From contig JANJTB010000033.1 of assembly GCA_024711295.1 (NCBI GenBank), positions 76,617-140,616 of the forward strand: a stretch of 64,000 nt of DNA. The letters run 5' to 3'. Under the pieces are notes generated by a model. It was not told the origin of the DNA. It worked only from the letters and a program-made list of their open reading frames with translations, and ran no database searches. The position numbers were made by a program, and so were the translations under genes. Numbering within the stretch: position 1 is the first letter of the stretch; every line of letters begins with the position of its first letter. Source of the DNA: a bacterium (GTDB lineage Bacteria > Bacteroidota > Ignavibacteria > Kapaibacteriales > UBA2268). Shown piece by piece: positions 28,536-38,331 of this stretch.

Positions 28536-29858
28536 TTGAAACAAGAAGACCAACAAGGACCAAACTCAGTAAAAGAGTCTGAAATATGGCTCGAGCGTGG
28601 CGATGAGTTTTTGAGACAGAATGATTTGGATAAAGCTCTTGATAGTTTTTCGAGAGCTATAAGTATCAATCCCAGACAATCATTTTCCTATTTCAAGAGA
28701 GGTAGTCTATACCTAACCTTAAAGAATTATGATGAAGCTATTAGTGACTTCAATAGTTCAATCGCCCTAAATCCAAATTTTGCATTTGCATATTTTAGAA
28801 GGGGATTATCATATTTTGATTTAAATGATGTTCAGGCTGCCTATGATGACTTTTCGCAAGCTATCACCTTAAATCCGGCATTCTCTTTCGCGTTTTATAG
28901 AAGGAGTATTTGTAGAATCAGGTATAGACAAATTGATGAAGCCCTAGAAGATTTGAATACAGCTTTGAAAATTAATCCACAGTTAGAAAAAGCCTATGTA
29001 ACAAGAGGTAATATTTACTTCGAAAGAGCTGACTACAATAAAGCAATATATGACTATAATCAGGCTCTGACATTAGACCCGATGCAGGATAAAGTATATA
29101 TATCCAGAGGATTGTCGAATAGCCATTTAGAGCAAATATCTGATGCACTCAAAGATTTCACAAAAGCTATTGATGTTAACGGTGAATCATATTTGGCATA
29201 TAATTACCGAGGTCTGGTATTCCTTAAACTTAAAGAATATGCTAATGCAATCAGAGATTTCAATGAGTCAATAAGAATTAATCCTAATTTTGCTGATGCT
29301 TATAACAATCGCGGTATTACTTACTTTACTGTAAAAAAATTCGCAGAAGCATCTCATGATTATGCTACTGCACTTAAACTAAACCCATCATCATCCAGTA
29401 TTTATTATAATCGTGGAAATACTTACTTAGTCCAGAAACGATATATGGAAGCTATGATGGATTTTGATTATTCAATACACTTGGCTCCAAGACTTACCCC
29501 TGCGTATTTAGGCAAAGCAAGTTGTCTGGTTGCAATTGGCAACTACAAGGAAGCAATCAAATATTACAATAGAGCAATTTCTTTAAAACCCAAATTATAC
29601 ACGGCATATATTGGACGTGGTAATGTGTTGATTAAATTAAAAATGCATAAGAAAGCTCAGGAAGATTTCACAATGGCTATCGAAATAAAACCTACTAATC
29701 CACAAGGTTATATGAGCAGAGGTATAGCATTTAAAGCAGATAACCAAATAGAGTCTGCAACTCGGGATTTTCAAGAATTTTTAAAATTGGCTCCTCCAGA
29801 CTCACCACAATCACAAAAAATTCGCAAATGGCTTAGTAACATGGATATTTCTACTTAA
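28536..29858 (+). CDS. Tetratricopeptide (TPR) repeat protein
   Basis: About 12 consecutive 34-aa TPR units (e.g. AISDFNSSIALNPNFAFAYFRRGLSYF, AIRDFNESIRINPNFADAYNNRGITYF). Start (TTG at 28536) is uncertain. Confidence 0.8.
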   Translation: MKQEDQQGPNSVKESEIWLERGDEFLRQNDLDKALDSFSRAISINPRQSFSYFKRGSLYLTLKNYDEAISDFNSSIALNPNFAFAYFRRGLSYFDLNDVQAAYDDFSQAITLNPAFSFAFYRRSICRIRYRQIDEALEDLNTALKINPQLEKAYVTRGNIYFERADYNKAIYDYNQALTLDPMQDKVYISRGLSNSHLEQISDALKDFTKAIDVNGESYLAYNYRGLVFLKLKEYANAIRDFNESIRINPNFADAYNNRGITYFTVKKFAEASHDYATALKLNPSSSSIYYNRGNTYLVQKRYMEAMMDFDYSIHLAPRLTPAYLGKASCLVAIGNYKEAIKYYNRAISLKPKLYTAYIGRGNVLIKLKMHKKAQEDFTMAIEIKPTNPQGYMSRGIAFKADNQIESATRDFQEFLKLAPPDSPQSQKIRKWLSNMDIST

Positions 29859-29934
29859 TGATAATATTTTCAAATTTAAAAGTCTTATCATACGTTAATA
29901 CTTTTTTGTAGTAAGAAATATTATTAGATAGCAG

Positions 29935-31614
29935 ATGAGTGAATTTGTTGTTACGGCACGAAAATGGCGTCCTTTGTTTTTTAAGGATGTTGTAGGACAG
30001 GAGCATATTACACAAACATTGAAAAATGCTGTTCTTAAGGACAGGATACATCATGCTTACCTATTTAGTGGTCCTCGCGGTGTCGGCAAAACAACAACAG
30101 CTAGAATATTATCAAGGTCAATCAATTGCCTGCATCCAATTGATGCAGAACCTTGCAACGAATGTGAAAATTGCCTTGCCGTTATGGATGGAAGGTCCAT
30201 GGATATAATTGAAATTGATGGTGCTTCGAATAATTCTGTTGATGACATTCGCAAGTTGAGAGAAAGTGCCAAATATCCACCTTCTACGGGCAAGTATAAA
30301 GCATATATAATAGATGAAGTCCACATGCTTTCGAACGCCGCATTTAATGCTCTACTTAAAATATTGGAAGAGCCTCCACCCCACTTGCTTTTTGTATTTG
30401 CTACAACTGAGGTACACAAAGTATTACCAACAATCACCAGCAGATGTCAGAGATTCGATTTCAGAAGAATGGAAATTGATGATGTTACAAAACAGCTGAG
30501 ATTTATTTCCGACAAAGAAGGAATCACAATTGATGAGGAATCTCTTATAACAATCGCTAAAAAAGGCGATGGCTCAATGAGAGACTCACAAAGTATTTTT
30601 GACCAGGTCGTATCATTTTGTGGCAAAGAAATAAATTACAACGAACTAACTGATGCACTACACTTGATTGATGAAGAATTCTTTTTTGCAATATCAGATT
30701 CGGTATTCAGGAAAGATACTTCAAAAATATTTGAATTGGTTAGTCAAGTAATCCGTAAGGGTTATGATTTTCAAGAAACTTTACAAGGATTACTCGAGCA
30801 CCTTAGGAATCTCATAGCTGTGAAAGTTGTTGGGCATACCGATATTTTAGAGACCTCTTCTCAGTCTAAACGAAGATTTTTGGAAGAGTCACAGAAGTTT
30901 ACTAAGCTTGATTTGATTAGAATGATGAATCATGTTTCACAGGCAGAGCTTACACTAAAGTTTGCAACTCAACCAAGGATTAGATTTGAACTCGCACTTA
31001 TTCAGCTTTCAAATATAAGCTCAACCACAGAGATACAGCTTTTGATAAATGAAATACAGGAAATAAAAAAAAAAGGACTGATTGAAAGCAATTTAATATT
31101 ATCTGAGCCGGTCGAAACAAATTATGCACCTTCAAAAAAAGAGAGCACAGATATCAGAGAAAAAATTAAATTACCTGAACCTACATTACCAAAAATCAGC
31201 GCTGAGGATTTGGTTAAAAATTGGGATGACTTTGTTAAGTCAGATGAATTAATGGAGGCAGGCATCAAACTGAATAATTTCACAGTTTCACTCAAGGGCA
31301 ATAAAGTTACACTACAGTGCGGTACTGATTTCGAAAAATCTGTTATTTTGAGAAGACTTGAAGAAATTGAGAAAATAATAGAAAATAAATATAATCTCTA
31401 CCTAAAGCTTGATGTTTTTACTATTCCTTTAAATAGTCCTGACAGCACATTCAATTCTAATAGTGCATTCCCTAATACCAACAAGATGAATAATAATACG
31501 TCAATAAAAAAACAAAAAGAAAAGAAAATCGCTGATAATTCACTTCATGAAGTTGAACGAATTATCATTGAAGAATTTGGAGCAGATTTATTAATGGATA
31601 ATTCAAGGAATTAA
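29935..31614 (+). CDS. dnaX: DNA polymerase III subunit tau/gamma
   Basis: RKWRPLFFKDVVGQEHI. Walker A GPRGVGKTTTARI. Zinc module CLHPIDAEPCNECENC. Walker B YIIDEVHML. SRC motif TSRCQRF. Confidence 0.9.
   Translation: MSEFVVTARKWRPLFFKDVVGQEHITQTLKNAVLKDRIHHAYLFSGPRGVGKTTTARILSRSINCLHPIDAEPCNECENCLAVMDGRSMDIIEIDGASNNSVDDIRKLRESAKYPPSTGKYKAYIIDEVHMLSNAAFNALLKILEEPPPHLLFVFATTEVHKVLPTITSRCQRFDFRRMEIDDVTKQLRFISDKEGITIDEESLITIAKKGDGSMRDSQSIFDQVVSFCGKEINYNELTDALHLIDEEFFFAISDSVFRKDTSKIFELVSQVIRKGYDFQETLQGLLEHLRNLIAVKVVGHTDILETSSQSKRRFLEESQKFTKLDLIRMMNHVSQAELTLKFATQPRIRFELALIQLSNISSTTEIQLLINEIQEIKKKGLIESNLILSEPVETNYAPSKKESTDIREKIKLPEPTLPKISAEDLVKNWDDFVKSDELMEAGIKLNNFTVSLKGNKVTLQCGTDFEKSVILRRLEEIEKIIENKYNLYLKLDVFTIPLNSPDSTFNSNSAFPNTNKMNNNTSIKKQKEKKIADNSLHEVERIIIEEFGADLLMDNSRN
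31065..31085 (+). promoter_or_regulatory. Candidate dnaX tau/gamma recoding site (A10 slippery tract with stops in both alternative frames)
   Basis: Ten consecutive A at 31065-31074 encode KKK at about codons 378-380. The -1 frame reads AGG ACT GAT TGA (stop at 31083-31085). The +1 frame reads GAC TGA (stop at 31079-31081). Confidence 0.4.
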
Positions 31615-31618
31615 ACAA

Positions 31619-32089
31619 ATGGCATTAGAGACTGGCGTAAAAGCACCGGATTTTTCTGCAGATACTGATGGTTCGGGAACTGTAAGTCTGAAAGATTATT
31701 CAGGCAAATGGGTAGTATTGTATTTTTATCCTAAAGATGACACCTCAGGATGCACTAAAGAAGCCTGTTCGTTTAGGGATAATATGGAACGAATAACTGG
31801 CTTAGGAGCAGTAGTTTTGGGCGTAAGTCCGGATAAAGCAAGTTCTCATAAAAAATTTTCCGAGAAATATAATTTAAATTTTATTTTAGCTTCGGATACT
31901 GATAAATCAATTTGTACCAAATATGATATTATGGGTGAAAAGTCAATGTATGGCAAAAAGTATTTAGGAGTTATTCGAACTACTTACATTATTAACCCTG
32001 AAGGCAACATTGCACATGTATTCAGCAATGTTAAAGTAGAAGGTCATACCGATGCTGTAATTGGCAAATTACAAGAACTTCGTGGATAA
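31619..32089 (+). CDS. bcp: Thiol peroxidase / peroxiredoxin Bcp
   Basis: 156 aa. YFYPKDDTSGCTKEACSFRD, with a peroxidatic Cys and a resolving Cys 5 residues downstream of it (C-x4-C). Confidence 0.85.
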   Translation: MALETGVKAPDFSADTDGSGTVSLKDYSGKWVVLYFYPKDDTSGCTKEACSFRDNMERITGLGAVVLGVSPDKASSHKKFSEKYNLNFILASDTDKSICTKYDIMGEKSMYGKKYLGVIRTTYIINPEGNIAHVFSNVKVEGHTDAVIGKLQELRG

Positions 32090-32094
32090 ACACT

Positions 32095-33531
32095 TTGATT
32101 GACACCCATGCTCATATAGACTCCAATGACTTTGACGCAGACAGAGATGAAGTTATACATCGCTCTTTCGATAGTGGTGTTACAGATATAATAATTCCGG
32201 CAATTGAGCCTATGAAATTCGAGAATTTGATAAGATTGGGTGATAGTTACAGCAAAATCAAAATCGGAATGGGAATTCATCCGCATAATGCAAAAGAAAT
32301 TGACAGTGTTACCCTGAACGAGATATATGACGAGGCAAAAAAAAATCCTAAAGTTTTAGCAATAGGAGAAATTGGTTTAGATTATTACTATGATTTTGCA
32401 CCTGTTGAGGTACAGAAACGAGGCTTCAGAGATCAGCTGGAAATAGCAAAAGAACTTGATTTACCGGTAATCATTCATAACAGAGATTCTGACGAGGATT
32501 TATTGTCCATTTTGGAAGAAGCTCAGGATGGCAAACTTAAAGGAGTACTTCATTGCTTTTCGGGCAATGTTGAGTTTCTGAATAAAGCTCTTGCGTTGGA
32601 TTTGCTTGTATCTTTTACCGGTAACGTCACATTCAAAAAATTTGACTCGATTGACATGATTAAGTCAGTTCCATTAAATAAATTTATGCTTGAAACTGAT
32701 TCACCATATATGACTCCTGTACCATTCAGAGGGAAACGAAATGAACCTAAATTCGTCAAACTCATAGCCGAAAAAATCGCAGAAATTAAAAGTATTGATA
32801 TTAAAGAGGTAATAAATATGACAACAGAAAATGCAAAGAGATTATTCAGAATCGCTTTATTTTTGACAGTGTTAATGCCCATTATGGTGTATGCACAGAA
32901 CAATGAAAGTGATGATGAGTATTATGATGATTATGAAAGCAAAAAGCCTGCTTATGCTAAGACACTTGGATTTGGACCTGTATTAGGTACAAATACTATC
33001 GTGGAATCGTTCCCCAAAAGAGAAAATTACAATAGCAGCATTTCTTACGAAGGCTTACTTGCTTATGGTGGGATTGCTCATTATGGATTATATGACTATC
33101 TTATTCTCAGCGCAAGTTACGTATATTCAAAAAATACAAAATTGCAGGAAAAATTTGAAAACCTTGAACCAAATACACATACTCAGGTAGAGCTAACAGC
33201 AAATTTTATAGTTAATCCCAATGGGGTAATTAACCTGTATGGTTTTGTTGGACCATCTTACTTAATTAACTCTTATGGCAGTCCAAGTGGTGGTATCGAG
33301 GATAGAAGCAACATGGGAATAAACACAGGTTTGGGATTTTTCTTTAACTTTCCAATTTCCGGAGCCGGACTTATTACCCTATCTGCCGAATGGAAACTAA
33401 ACTTCATGCTTGGTTCGCAAAGCTTTGATTATGATTCCAGATTACCACAGGGTAAGCAAGAAGGTAACCCTGTCGAAATAAGCACCTTTTTCTCTATTCC
33501 AAGAATAAACTTAATTTTTTATCCATTCTAA
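32095..33531 (+). CDS. tatD: TatD-family metal-dependent hydrolase ORF continuing in frame into a signal-peptide plus beta-barrel module
   Basis: TTG start. TatD motifs IDTHAHID, IGEIGLDYYY, VIIHNRDS, HCFSG, LETDSPYM, ending in the usual ...ENAKRLF. There is no stop; the ORF continues RIALFLTVLMPIMVYAQ plus a ~220-aa beta-rich domain ending NLIFYPF. Confidence 0.75.
   Translation: MIDTHAHIDSNDFDADRDEVIHRSFDSGVTDIIIPAIEPMKFENLIRLGDSYSKIKIGMGIHPHNAKEIDSVTLNEIYDEAKKNPKVLAIGEIGLDYYYDFAPVEVQKRGFRDQLEIAKELDLPVIIHNRDSDEDLLSILEEAQDGKLKGVLHCFSGNVEFLNKALALDLLVSFTGNVTFKKFDSIDMIKSVPLNKFMLETDSPYMTPVPFRGKRNEPKFVKLIAEKIAEIKSIDIKEVINMTTENAKRLFRIALFLTVLMPIMVYAQNNESDDEYYDDYESKKPAYAKTLGFGPVLGTNTIVESFPKRENYNSSISYEGLLAYGGIAHYGLYDYLILSASYVYSKNTKLQEKFENLEPNTHTQVELTANFIVNPNGVINLYGFVGPSYLINSYGSPSGGIEDRSNMGINTGLGFFFNFPISGAGLITLSAEWKLNFMLGSQSFDYDSRLPQGKQEGNPVEISTFFSIPRINLIFYPF
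32818..33531 (+). CDS. Possible independently translated outer-membrane beta-barrel protein nested in the 3' part of the tatD ORF
   Basis: An in-frame ATG at 32818 is preceded by AAGAGG with an ~8-nt spacer. Product MTTENAKRLFRIALFLTVLMPIMVYA-QN has a textbook signal peptide. The C-terminus ends in aromatic F. Confidence 0.35.
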   Translation: MTTENAKRLFRIALFLTVLMPIMVYAQNNESDDEYYDDYESKKPAYAKTLGFGPVLGTNTIVESFPKRENYNSSISYEGLLAYGGIAHYGLYDYLILSASYVYSKNTKLQEKFENLEPNTHTQVELTANFIVNPNGVINLYGFVGPSYLINSYGSPSGGIEDRSNMGINTGLGFFFNFPISGAGLITLSAEWKLNFMLGSQSFDYDSRLPQGKQEGNPVEISTFFSIPRINLIFYPF

Positions 33532-33542
33532 ATCAGAAAAAG

Positions 33543-34160
33543 ATGATCACTGTATTAAAGCATCCTCTGGTATTGCATGAATTAACAAATATCAGAAATA
33601 AAGAAACAAACACCGAACTATTCAGAAATGCAACATTTCGAATTGGATTGCATTTAGCTATAGAAAGCTTGCAGACTTTAAATACTGAAAAAGTTAATGT
33701 TGTGACACCAAACGAAATGACTGATGGAGACAAAATTACAGGTAAAGTAATAATAGTACCTGTGCTTAGGGCAGGTTTGGGTTTGGTTAATGCATTTCAG
33801 ACGGTTTATCCTGATTGTGTTTTAGGATATATCGGTCTAAGGCGAAATGAGGAGACATTTACAGCAGAAGAGTACTATTATTCGATGCCTGTGATTAATC
33901 CTGAAGACAAAATTATTATACTTGAGATTATGCTTGCAACAGGTGGCTCTACATGTTCAGCATTAAGCAGATTACAGCTTGAGGGGGCAACAGATATGAC
34001 TGTAGTTTCCATTATCTCTGCTCCTGAAGGTATTGAAAAACTTAGAACAGAATTCCCAAATGTAAAAATTATTACTGCAGCACTCGATAGAGGACTAAAT
34101 GATAAAAAATACATAGTCCCTGGATTAGGTGATGCCGGAGATAGATATAGCGGTAGGTAA
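33543..34160 (+). CDS. upp: Uracil phosphoribosyltransferase
   Basis: 205 aa. LRAGLGL, PRPP loop IILEIMLATGGS, C-terminal YIVPGLGDAGDR. Confidence 0.9.
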   Translation: MITVLKHPLVLHELTNIRNKETNTELFRNATFRIGLHLAIESLQTLNTEKVNVVTPNEMTDGDKITGKVIIVPVLRAGLGLVNAFQTVYPDCVLGYIGLRRNEETFTAEEYYYSMPVINPEDKIIILEIMLATGGSTCSALSRLQLEGATDMTVVSIISAPEGIEKLRTEFPNVKIITAALDRGLNDKKYIVPGLGDAGDRYSGR

Positions 34161-34216
34161 ATAGATTTTTAGTTAAAATAAACTAAAATAAATATAAAGT
34201 AATATTTTAAGTAATG

Positions 34217-34269
34217 AAGCCAATCCATTTCAGCAATATAATTAAGCTTAACTTGGATTGGCTTTTTTT
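34217..34269 (+). terminator. Rho-independent terminator after upp
   Basis: An 11-bp stem, AAGCCAATCCA (34217-34227) with TGGATTGGCTT (34254-34264), running into a T7 tract (34263-34269). Confidence 0.65.
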
Positions 34270-34331
34270 AACAATAAATCGAAAAAAATTAATATATACA
34301 ACAAAAATTTTTGAACAGACACTCATAAATA

Positions 34332-35270
34332 TTATAAATGTAATCTCTTTCTAAAATCTTCAATTGTGTTTTTAAGTCCTTGCTTTCTGTCAACTTTTGC
34401 CGACCAATTCAATAATTCTTTTGCTCTGGTTGTATCAGGTTTTCTTACTTTTGGATCATCTGAAGGTAATTCCATAAAATCAATTTGACTTTTTGAGCCT
34501 GTCAGCTCAATGATTTCATTAGCCAACTCGAGCATTGTTATCTCATCCGGGTTACCAATATTAACGGGCATTACTTCTTCCGAAAGTAACAACCTGTAAA
34601 TCCCCTCGACTAGATCATCAACATAACAAACAGATCTTGTCTGAGTACCATTTCCATAAACAGTCACGGGCTGGTTGCGTAATGATTGATTGATAAAATT
34701 AGGTATGGCTCTGCCATCTTCCAATCTCATTCTTGGTCCATAGGTATTGAATATTCTAACAATTCTTGTATCAACGTTGTGATATCTGTGGTAAGCCATT
34801 GTCATTGCTTCTGCAAATCGTTTAGCTTCGTCATAAACACCCCTAAATCCAACAGGATTAACATTACCCCAATAATTTTCTTGCTGTGGGTGCTCGAGAG
34901 GGTCCCCATATACTTCACTTGTAGATGCAATTAGGAACCTTGCATTTTTTGCTTTTGCTAAACCCAATGTTTTGTGTGTGCCTAATGATCCAACTTTAAG
35001 GGTTTGAATAGGCAACTTAAGGTAATCAATTGGTGAAGCAGGAGATGCAAAGTGCAAAATATAATCTAAATCACCATCAACGTAAATATATTCGGTAACG
35101 TCATGTTCTATAAATTTAAACTTTCTGTTGCCAAAAAGATGTGCAATATTATCGGGCGAACCTGTAATGAAATTATCCATACAAATTACATCATCACCCG
35201 CAGCTATAAACTTATCGCATAAGTGAGAACCCAAAAATCCTGCCCCACCCGTGATTAATACTCTTGCCAT
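34332..35270 (-). CDS. UDP-glucuronate decarboxylase (UDP-xylose synthase), SDR family
   Basis: 312 aa. Rossmann [22 protein letters not shown], catalytic YDEAKRFAE. The length and motif order are typical of UXS. Confidence 0.85.
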   Translation of the reverse strand: MARVLITGGAGFLGSHLCDKFIAAGDDVICMDNFITGSPDNIAHLFGNRKFKFIEHDVTEYIYVDGDLDYILHFASPASPIDYLKLPIQTLKVGSLGTHKTLGLAKAKNARFLIASTSEVYGDPLEHPQQENYWGNVNPVGFRGVYDEAKRFAEAMTMAYHRYHNVDTRIVRIFNTYGPRMRLEDGRAIPNFINQSLRNQPVTVYGNGTQTRSVCYVDDLVEGIYRLLLSEEVMPVNIGNPDEITMLELANEIIELTGSKSQIDFMELPSDDPKVRKPDTTRAKELLNWSAKVDRKQGLKNTIEDFRKRLHL

Positions 35271-35456
35271 ATTATTTATTCGGTTTTAATATAAAAATCA
35301 ATACAAAAATGCGAAAAAAATATTTCTTATGTGCATATTATATTACAAAATTTTATCATTTTTTGAACGTTTTGAAAATTATATTTGCTATTTATTATTT
35401 TTTTTGTTAATTTTCGTAAATATTATGTGTGATTTTTTCTTTTTTGTATGTAAATA

Positions 35457-36203
35457 GTGCGAAATATCTTTAAATATGGCTCAATTTTGCTGATTACAGT
35501 TATAATATCTGCTTGTTCAGATATTAATCAACCTGCAATCGAGCAACGCTTGAAGATTAACACTATCACAAAATGGAGTGTAGATACTGCTACTGACCAA
35601 AAGCTCAGAATGATTTTTCACAAAGTTTTTGACATAGACGGCAATGTAGTTTCTCAGGAAGACTTTTCTAATTCAGGAAGCATTGCATCAAAATCCACAT
35701 TTACATATACTGATAACAAAAGCATAGAAGAAAGACTTGTCTATTCAGATTCCGGAAACGTAAAAAATAAAAGTAAAACAGAATATGAATACGACAATAA
35801 CCGAAGAATAATTCGCCAGACCAATTACGACAATAATGGTGCAATAACTATTGAGTATGAATTTGATTACGACCTTAAAGGAAATCTTATCAAGAAGAAA
35901 CAAATTGGTGGAGAAATTGGGGCAAACTCAAATCTCAATATTGATTATTCATATAGTAATTCCGGTGAGCTTGTTGAAAGAGTTACAAGCAGTTCAACCG
36001 GCAATGTTTATCGTGACAGTATATCTTACAATAGGAATCAGAATATCATCACAATTTATAAATTTAATGAAAAGTCAGCATTAATTAATAAAACAATTTA
36101 TGCTTACAACAACCTTGGTAATGTCACTTCTGAATCATTCTTTGACTCTGAGTTTAAGATTCGTGAAAAATTTGTTTATGAGTACTCATATTTTTCGAAT
36201 TAA
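35457..36203 (+). CDS. Small lipoprotein with YD/RHS-like repeats
   Basis: GTG start. Lipobox LLITVIISAC. Repeats of the Y.YD..G.L type (EYEYDNNRRIIRQTNYDNNG, EYEFDYDLKGNLIKK, IDYSYSNSGELVER, IYAYNNLGNVTSE). Confidence 0.5.
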   Translation: MRNIFKYGSILLITVIISACSDINQPAIEQRLKINTITKWSVDTATDQKLRMIFHKVFDIDGNVVSQEDFSNSGSIASKSTFTYTDNKSIEERLVYSDSGNVKNKSKTEYEYDNNRRIIRQTNYDNNGAITIEYEFDYDLKGNLIKKKQIGGEIGANSNLNIDYSYSNSGELVERVTSSSTGNVYRDSISYNRNQNIITIYKFNEKSALINKTIYAYNNLGNVTSESFFDSEFKIREKFVYEYSYFSN

Positions 36204-36361
36204 AAATCTGCATCACTTACTTATGTATTTTCCCATCCAACACCTTTCAAATAAATAACTACACATTGGCATGTGATTTTGTACATCATTATAATACATG
36301 CAAGTCATTAATCTTCAACTTCTGTATTAGATAAAAGGTATTATAGTTAATACTTAATAAT

Positions 36362-36405
36362 AAAAAATCTCTTTACTACAGGTAGTAATAAAGAGATTAT
36401 TTTTT
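36362..36405. terminator. Bidirectional terminator between convergent genes
   Basis: AATCTCTTTACTAC / GTAGTAATAAAGAGATT hairpin with a 3-nt bulge. Flanked by an A6 run on the left and a T6 run on the right. Lies between the 35457-36203 (+) and 36435-37745 (-) genes. Confidence 0.65.
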
Positions 36406-36434
36406 ATCATTTAAAGGAGGTGCTTTAAATATTT

Positions 36435-37745
36435 TTATCTGATGTTGAATATTAACCCTGCTGTCCAACCTAATTTAGCGGAGTTATATATATTGTCATC
36501 CAAACTATAAAACAAAGTTCCGTACTCAGCTCCTGCAAAAACTCCGAAGTACTTTGAAGGTATAACATTTATACCTATTTGTGTTCTCGACAAAGGACCA
36601 ATTTTAGTATATGCCAATGTTTGACTGATATAAGGAGTAATAACTTCACTTATTGGTAAATAAAGGGGTGTATATCTTACAGTCAGGCCGCTCCAGAATA
36701 ATTCAGGTGTTTGTGTGTAGTTCAAATTTTGTGAAGTAAACTGTTGGGCAAAGCTCTCAATTCCAAACTCAATTGAAAAAGACCATTCGTTTGAATAATT
36801 ATATGCAATACCAGCCGAGAAATTGCTAAGGGAACTTTCTTGAGCATTTACAACCGGAGGTGGATAGTTTTGTTCTGAACTCAATTTTCGAATTGAAATG
36901 CTAAATAAACTACGAGCATTATCAGAATTGAGTAAAGACATATAGGAATATCTGAATGACTCGGGTAGTTGAGAGTGAAGTTGTGAGGAATGATGAGCAT
37001 TATCATTGTTCCTTGAACTCCTTAGCCCACTTAAAATACCTTTTCCGTTAATAACATTACTATGGGGCTTAGATGGAAATACTATTATCAAATTATTCAA
37101 ATTACTACCATCATTGCCTGAAGATTGATTAGCATCAGCATAGTTTGTGTTTGTCAAGTTATTTAAAGAAATTAAATCTTTGCTTTTATCGGTTTGAGAT
37201 AATCTTCTACTAGAAGTGTTTGATTTATGCTTACTCTTTTCAATATTTACATTATTAAAATCAGAATTTGCATTATCATCAAATCCAAATATTTCATTTT
37301 CAGAATTTGAATTATCAGAATAAGATGAAGTAACAGGAATTTCTTTTTCATTCAGCTGCTGGATGGACTTGTTTTCTACCAATTTATCCTTAAGTTGCAG
37401 ATTTTCTTTAAAGAGATAATACGCTGTACCTGAAGTAAATAGTAATAACAGGAGTAAAATCAAACCTGAATATCTGAAAGCTGACTTTCGCTCAGGTAAC
37501 TCAGGAAGTGATATATTATTTGTTTCGGGCAATGGCACACCAATTTTATTAAATATACCAGTTGTTGCAGACAATGGCACACTGATGCTACTCATATCAC
37601 TTTGTGCAAGGTTAATGAGCTTTTTCTGCCTGTTGAGTTCTGATCTGAGCGATTCATCAACTGATAATTCAGCAAACAGCAACTCCTCAGAGGACTTATC
37701 CAGCTCATTATCCAGGTATTCGTGAATCATTCTTTCGTAGTTCAT
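36435..37745 (-). CDS. Putative membrane-anchored anti-sigma factor with a C-terminal beta-barrel-like domain (paralogue of 9466-10680)
   Basis: N-terminus IHEYLDNELDKSSEELLFAELSVDESLRSELNRQ aligns with the 9466 product. TM helix YSGLILLLLLLFTSGTAYYLF. N/S-rich linker. The C-terminus aligns with the other paralogue and ends GWTAGLIFNIR. Confidence 0.55.
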   Translation of the reverse strand: MNYERMIHEYLDNELDKSSEELLFAELSVDESLRSELNRQKKLINLAQSDMSSISVPLSATTGIFNKIGVPLPETNNISLPELPERKSAFRYSGLILLLLLLFTSGTAYYLFKENLQLKDKLVENKSIQQLNEKEIPVTSSYSDNSNSENEIFGFDDNANSDFNNVNIEKSKHKSNTSSRRLSQTDKSKDLISLNNLTNTNYADANQSSGNDGSNLNNLIIVFPSKPHSNVINGKGILSGLRSSRNNDNAHHSSQLHSQLPESFRYSYMSLLNSDNARSLFSISIRKLSSEQNYPPPVVNAQESSLSNFSAGIAYNYSNEWSFSIEFGIESFAQQFTSQNLNYTQTPELFWSGLTVRYTPLYLPISEVITPYISQTLAYTKIGPLSRTQIGINVIPSKYFGVFAGAEYGTLFYSLDDNIYNSAKLGWTAGLIFNIR

Positions 37746-37776
37746 AATAATATCTCTATTTTATTTTTTTGATTTT

Positions 37777-38331
37777 CTATCTTAATTCTTCAATATAAGG
37801 AGTCAATAAATTTTTAAGTTTCTCTTTAGCTCTGCTGACTTTTGTCCTGATTGTAGAGCTATTCAAGCCAGTCAGATCACTAATTTGTTCATACGTCATA
37901 TCTTCGTAATACTTAAGTACGAACAATTCTCTGAGTTCATCATCTAAACTCTTGAGAGCGTATTCGATATAAAAATTTTCTTCATCGCTTATATCATCCT
38001 TATCTAAAGTTGGATAGTCATTCTCATCCAACTCAATCTGATATTTTTTATCTCTTTTGTAATTTATGGTCAAATTACGTGAAATTCTAAGTAAAAGGCC
38101 TAAAATATTACTTACATCAGGGGTATATGCATATCTTTCATAGAATTTTACAAATGTATCCTGATATAAATCCGTTATCGGGTCAGTTTCATCAAGGGTT
38201 CTCAAATAATAAGCATATACTTTTTGTGAATATCTTGAATAAATCTCAGCAAATGCAATTTCGCATGACTTCTTATCAGACTTCATCATCCTAAGTAATT
38301 CAAGGTCATTATATTTGCTTAAATCATTCAT
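37777..38331 (-). CDS. ECF-type RNA polymerase sigma factor (paralogue of 8889-9449)
   Basis: 184 aa. Region 2 (DLYQDTFVKFYER, LLLRISRNLTIN). Region 4 (MTYEQISDLTGLNSSTIRTKVSRAKEKL). Same KYND.EL N-terminal motif as the 8889 product. Confidence 0.85.
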   Translation of the reverse strand: MNDLSKYNDLELLRMMKSDKKSCEIAFAEIYSRYSQKVYAYYLRTLDETDPITDLYQDTFVKFYERYAYTPDVSNILGLLLRISRNLTINYKRDKKYQIELDENDYPTLDKDDISDEENFYIEYALKSLDDELRELFVLKYYEDMTYEQISDLTGLNSSTIRTKVSRAKEKLKNLLTPYIEELR

